This document shows positions 26,367 through 29,945 of a DNA stretch of 29,945 nt, piece after piece; positions within the stretch are counted from its first letter, which is position 1; each line of letters starts with the position of its first letter. The stretch spans positions 1 to 29,945 of the IMG/VR virus record IMGVR_UViG_3300017903_000771, one strand, 5' to 3'. The stretch comes from a virus. Its lineage: Duplodnaviria; Caudoviricetes. The notes beneath the pieces are model-generated. The model saw only the letters and a list, made by a program, of their open reading frames with translations, searched no databases and had not been told where the DNA came from. The position numbers and the translations under genes are program-made.

Positions 26367-29300
26367 ATGGGCGTTAGCGTTCCACTTAAACTAAAAGATA
26401 GTGCTGGACTTCAATCCTTTGATAGTGACGATTACGATTTTCTAGCATACCGAGCGGGTCTACTCCTCAGACAATCTGACAGTTCTGATAAAGCTGGTTT
26501 CACCAGATACAATCCTGCATACCAAAACACAATTTCGGTAGGTAGTTTTACCAACACCGAATTTGATTCTGATGTTGGTATTGGTGGTGATACTGCACTG
26601 TTATCTACAACATCAACTATTAGTAGTATTTTCAGAAATGTTGGAACAGATAGTGTCGGAACTCTAGAGACCTATGATGACTCTAACTATGTGAACCTTT
26701 TCTATCAAACGGATAGTGCATTAGATAGTGGTTCACAACTACAACTGAAAGCTTTTGTTGATTCAGATTGGAATGTCCTCACCGATGAAATCCTGAGTCG
26801 TGTTTACAAATATGATTATGCTGGTTCAATTAGACTAGCATCTAATGTAACAGACTTTGATTCTGCAAATGGTGGTTGGTCAACTATTCTATCAAATGTG
26901 TTTACAGATACAAGGACTTCTGATTCCGCTGGTAACAGAGATAGTGATGACGTTGTATATAATCTGTTTCAGAAAGTAGACATGACTGGTATCGGTGTTC
27001 CGTCCGATAGTTCCAGACCTTTCACATTCAAACGTAGAATTGATAGTGCAGAGATTAATATCGCTGGTGCGTTTAAGGATATCGGTAGAGATAGTGATTT
27101 ACCCCATTCAAAGGGTAAATATTATCCATCATCTACAGGAGTTCTTAGTTTTACTGGTTTGAATCGCGTATCAATGTCTTGGGCAGATTTGAATGATGAT
27201 GATTATTTCGATAGTTCCTCACAACTAGTTCTCTCTCTTGATAAAGAGTGGAGTGATAAAATTTATGGTGTTTGGCAACGAGCTAATGGCCCTGCTGGTC
27301 GAGGGCCGAAAGACTTTCTCTTAAAAAACTTTCAAAAAACACAATTTTCAACAGTTGGTAAAGTTTACCCGAGTGACGCTGGCAAATACGAAAACAAACA
27401 GCATCATAACCCTAGCACATATTTCGTCTATAAAGATAGTGCAGGAGACACACTTCCAAACAGACTTGGTTCAAGACCGCAAGTTTGGTTGGGTGTAAAA
27501 GGTCGAGTCAATTTGATTGACTCTGATAGGTTTGGTAGTGTTGCTGCAACTTTTGCTGCTACTGATGCAACAATGCAGAAACATGTTGAGAGTGATGGTA
27601 AGTGGTCATTCCATTTTAATTTTGATAGTGATGCTACTTTTCGAAATAGACGAATCGGTGACCATACTAGTAGCGCACCTAATGGTCTTACTTCAGGTAT
27701 AACCTATATTTATGACTCCGAAGGTGTTATGGATTTTGCACCTAATTCAAATGATGATGAATACGCCGATGTTGCAGTATCTAGGCCTGGTTATAACTTT
27801 TGGCAATTCCCAAGTCCGTCTGCTACTAACAAAGCTGCTATTATTCCTGACAGTTCATCGGGCGAACTAATCAGACATATGGAGTTTAATAATTATTTTG
27901 GTGAATTGACAACCGCGAATCCTATGACTTCTGGTTTCAAAGGCATCGGATATGACTCCGCAGACGAAATCAATCTCATTTTGAAGAATGACTTCCAAGG
28001 TCTGCAACTTGCGGACTCCGATAATCTTGACGAGACACTGGGAACTCGTGTTCGTAACAGACTTACGTCAACAGATACTATTGGTGCTGCAACGGTTCTC
28101 TCTGCTGCTGAAGGAACTCCACTTCAGAATGGTTTTACGGGAACGTGGATTTCTAAAGGAACTGCAACTGACACAAGAAAGGCACTTGTAGATACAAACT
28201 ATACAAGAACTCGTGTGTCAACATATGCAAGATTGAGAACATCTTCATACGCCACAGAGTTTTCTGATACATATCAAATAATCAGAACAAGTCAATATTC
28301 TGATGGTTATATTGGTAACTATTCTCGTGATTTCACTAGAGGCAGAGAATCTAACTTTACTAGAAATTCTACTAGAACAAGACTAAATAGTATCACGATT
28401 GTAAGCACCAGAACAAGCACTGGCAATTATATCGGCGGTGGTAAAGCCGATGTTAACTATATTGGTAACTATACAGGTGACTTCTTCAGAACATTTGCTG
28501 GTAACTATTTAGGTGACTACACTGGTGACTTCACTGGTAACTTTGAGGGTAACTACTCCAGAGATTTCTTGAGAACTCGTCCTGCGTTCTTCAGTAGGGA
28601 CTTTGAGGGTAACTACACAGGTAATTACTCAAGGAACTTTCAAGGTAACTACACAGGTAACTTCACTGGTAACTATTTAGGGCCCTTGCTCCGCACCACA
28701 CCTACGACAAGAACTCAACACGGCGTTAATCTTGCACAATATGAGTCATTCTCACCTGGCAATGGTAACTTTTCTGGTTGGGATTTAGTAGCAGCATTTA
28801 CAAATGTTCCTGATGGCCAATTTATTACGACAGGGACAGTTAGAGGTAATGCCTACCAAGACCGTGGGTCAGGCACATGGAGTGGGACACTGTATCTACG
28901 AGCAAGAATGCCTAACGGGACGGTTCTGCAAGAAAAAACTGTCGCTGTTAATAACGTTACTCAGTCATTCTTGAGAGCTCCTGGCGCTTTGAAGACCATC
29001 GGTGCGTTTGGTTTTACAAACCCTTCTGGTAATAACACGATTATTTGGGAAGCTGGTTGTCAAACTAACCACGGACACAGTTCTTGTATTGAAGTATTTA
29101 ATATGACAGCTGCTGACGGTTTTGAATACACCAGAACCTCTACCAGAACATCCCTAAGAAGTAGAGCGTCAACTTTCTCTGCTGATTATGCAAGAACTAG
29201 AACCTCTACATATCAAGCGGGCGAAAACTTCTCCCGTGATTTCCAAGGGGACTATACTGGTAACTATATCGGTAACTTTACCCGTGAATTTATTGGTAAC

Positions 29301-29396
29301 TACTCTCGCAACTTTATTGGTGACTTTACTGGTGATGCAATCGGCACGGGTAGTGAAACAATTGAGACTTATACACTCTATGTAAAAGTTGGATAA
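26367..29396 (+). CDS. Large virion/fibre protein (1009 aa): DS-rich N-terminal modules, RT-rich and GN[YF]/GD[YF] tetrapeptide repeats, inserted globular domain
   Basis: AAGGA RBS at 26353-26357, long ORF, repeat architecture visible in the translation, located in the structural cluster. Confidence 0.75.
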   Translation: MGVSVPLKLKDSAGLQSFDSDDYDFLAYRAGLLLRQSDSSDKAGFTRYNPAYQNTISVGSFTNTEFDSDVGIGGDTALLSTTSTISSIFRNVGTDSVGTLETYDDSNYVNLFYQTDSALDSGSQLQLKAFVDSDWNVLTDEILSRVYKYDYAGSIRLASNVTDFDSANGGWSTILSNVFTDTRTSDSAGNRDSDDVVYNLFQKVDMTGIGVPSDSSRPFTFKRRIDSAEINIAGAFKDIGRDSDLPHSKGKYYPSSTGVLSFTGLNRVSMSWADLNDDDYFDSSSQLVLSLDKEWSDKIYGVWQRANGPAGRGPKDFLLKNFQKTQFSTVGKVYPSDAGKYENKQHHNPSTYFVYKDSAGDTLPNRLGSRPQVWLGVKGRVNLIDSDRFGSVAATFAATDATMQKHVESDGKWSFHFNFDSDATFRNRRIGDHTSSAPNGLTSGITYIYDSEGVMDFAPNSNDDEYADVAVSRPGYNFWQFPSPSATNKAAIIPDSSSGELIRHMEFNNYFGELTTANPMTSGFKGIGYDSADEINLILKNDFQGLQLADSDNLDETLGTRVRNRLTSTDTIGAATVLSAAEGTPLQNGFTGTWISKGTATDTRKALVDTNYTRTRVSTYARLRTSSYATEFSDTYQIIRTSQYSDGYIGNYSRDFTRGRESNFTRNSTRTRLNSITIVSTRTSTGNYIGGGKADVNYIGNYTGDFFRTFAGNYLGDYTGDFTGNFEGNYSRDFLRTRPAFFSRDFEGNYTGNYSRNFQGNYTGNFTGNYLGPLLRTTPTTRTQHGVNLAQYESFSPGNGNFSGWDLVAAFTNVPDGQFITTGTVRGNAYQDRGSGTWSGTLYLRARMPNGTVLQEKTVAVNNVTQSFLRAPGALKTIGAFGFTNPSGNNTIIWEAGCQTNHGHSSCIEVFNMTAADGFEYTRTSTRTSLRSRASTFSADYARTRTSTYQAGENFSRDFQGDYTGNYIGNFTREFIGNYSRNFIGDFTGDAIGTGSETIETYTLYVKVG
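28198..29340 (+). repeat. Degenerate 12-nt-period coding repeats (GGTAAC/GGTGAC + TAY/TTY) flanking a non-repetitive insert
   Basis: Encodes GNYTGDF-type units. The exact 17-mer ACTTTGAGGGTAACTAC occurs at 28540 and 28600. Repeats are interrupted at ~28684-29120. Confidence 0.85.
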
Positions 29397-29399
29397 ATA
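29392..29399 (+). promoter_or_regulatory. Late promoter variant GATAAATA
   Basis: Overlaps the upstream stop and lies 5 nt before ATG 29405, the same geometry as gp2 and gp25. Confidence 0.6.
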
Positions 29400-29404
29400 C
29401 TGTC

Positions 29405-29945
29405 ATGGGAACGACTATACTTAGACTCGACAGTGCAAATGCAATCAACGGCGACCTTCATCAGATGGACTCCGCCGATGAGGAGTGGATTGCATATCAA
29501 GCTGGTCTTCGTATTGCAGATTATCTGAGTGGCGACTTTCTAGGCGCTGACCTCACATCTGCACCATATGCACTTGGCACAGGCGGCAGTGGTAATAATA
29601 TCGGGACATATACTGATACTATAGAAACCGCAGCTGACAGTGCAGACCCATCATCAATCACTACCACAAATACCATAACTTATCAAAGAAGTGGTGTAGT
29701 AAGTCTATCAGCAGACCGAAGATATCCTGTTGAGTTTGTATCAGGAACACCCAATCAACTGACTGAAATGGACTCGTCAGAGGTCACCACAATTGCGGGT
29801 AGACTGAAAGAATATCTATTTGACTCTGATAATCATTGGGCTGGTATTATCAAACTTGGTAGTTCTGCTCCAAGTGCAGAATATACTTTGATGGATAGTG
29901 CCTTTGGAGACAACATTGGTAATCCTGCAACCACAACAGCATATA
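29405..29945 (+). CDS. Virion protein paralogous to the N-terminus of ORF 26367; 3'-truncated and missing from the ORF track
   Basis: Open from ATG 29405 to the window end: MGTTILRLDSANAINGDLHQMDSADEEWIAYQAGLRI..., compared with MGVSVPLKLKDSAGLQSFDSDDYDFLAYRAGLLL. Confidence 0.85.
   Translation, partial: MGTTILRLDSANAINGDLHQMDSADEEWIAYQAGLRIADYLSGDFLGADLTSAPYALGTGGSGNNIGTYTDTIETAADSADPSSITTTNTITYQRSGVVSLSADRRYPVEFVSGTPNQLTEMDSSEVTTIAGRLKEYLFDSDNHWAGIIKLGSSAPSAEYTLMDSAFGDNIGNPATTTAY

Noticed and set aside
28198-29340. CRISPR array or diversity-generating retroelement template/variable repeats
   Set aside because: The repeats are in-frame, degenerate and 12-nt periodic, with no unique spacers. 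There is no adenine-specific mismatch pair and no reverse transcriptase or cas gene in the window.
1-29945. Alternative genetic code, introns or inteins
   Set aside because: Core genes are uninterrupted under the standard code with TAA, TAG and TGA all used as stops, and no intein or intron signatures were seen.

Overview
The window is from a T4-like (Tevenvirinae/Kyanoviridae-style) myophage, probably a marine-type lineage; the host cannot be determined from this sequence. Bases 1-2513 (+) carry a 5'-truncated DenV/pyrimidine-dimer-glycosylase-like gene, small hypothetical genes, gp33 and gp32. Bases 2626-6847 (-) form a late operon: gp4, gp2, gp54-like, gp26-like, an unannotated gp51-like frame and a tape-measure/gp29-like gene. 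Bases 6896-29945 (+) are the baseplate/virion cluster: gp48, gp53, hub, split gp5, gp25, gp6, short gp7, gp9-like, gp8, VrlC/DUF4815 and fibre-like repeat proteins. Main observations: (1) a candidate -1 ribosomal frameshift (GGAGG-N10-T TTT TTT) fusing gp26-like to a gp51-like frame just upstream of the tape measure gene, resembling lambda G/GT; (2) a gp5 locus split into several genes whose three peptidoglycan-hydrolase-like domains all appear to lack catalytic residues; (3) strong enrichment of a D-S-[D/A/S/G] motif in outer virion proteins, a possible modification sequon; (4) three late genes with (T/G)ATAAATA-N5-ATG geometry, suggesting leaderless mRNAs; (5) a compact structured-RNA candidate after gp32. 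All family assignments come from motif recognition and synteny, not from database searches.
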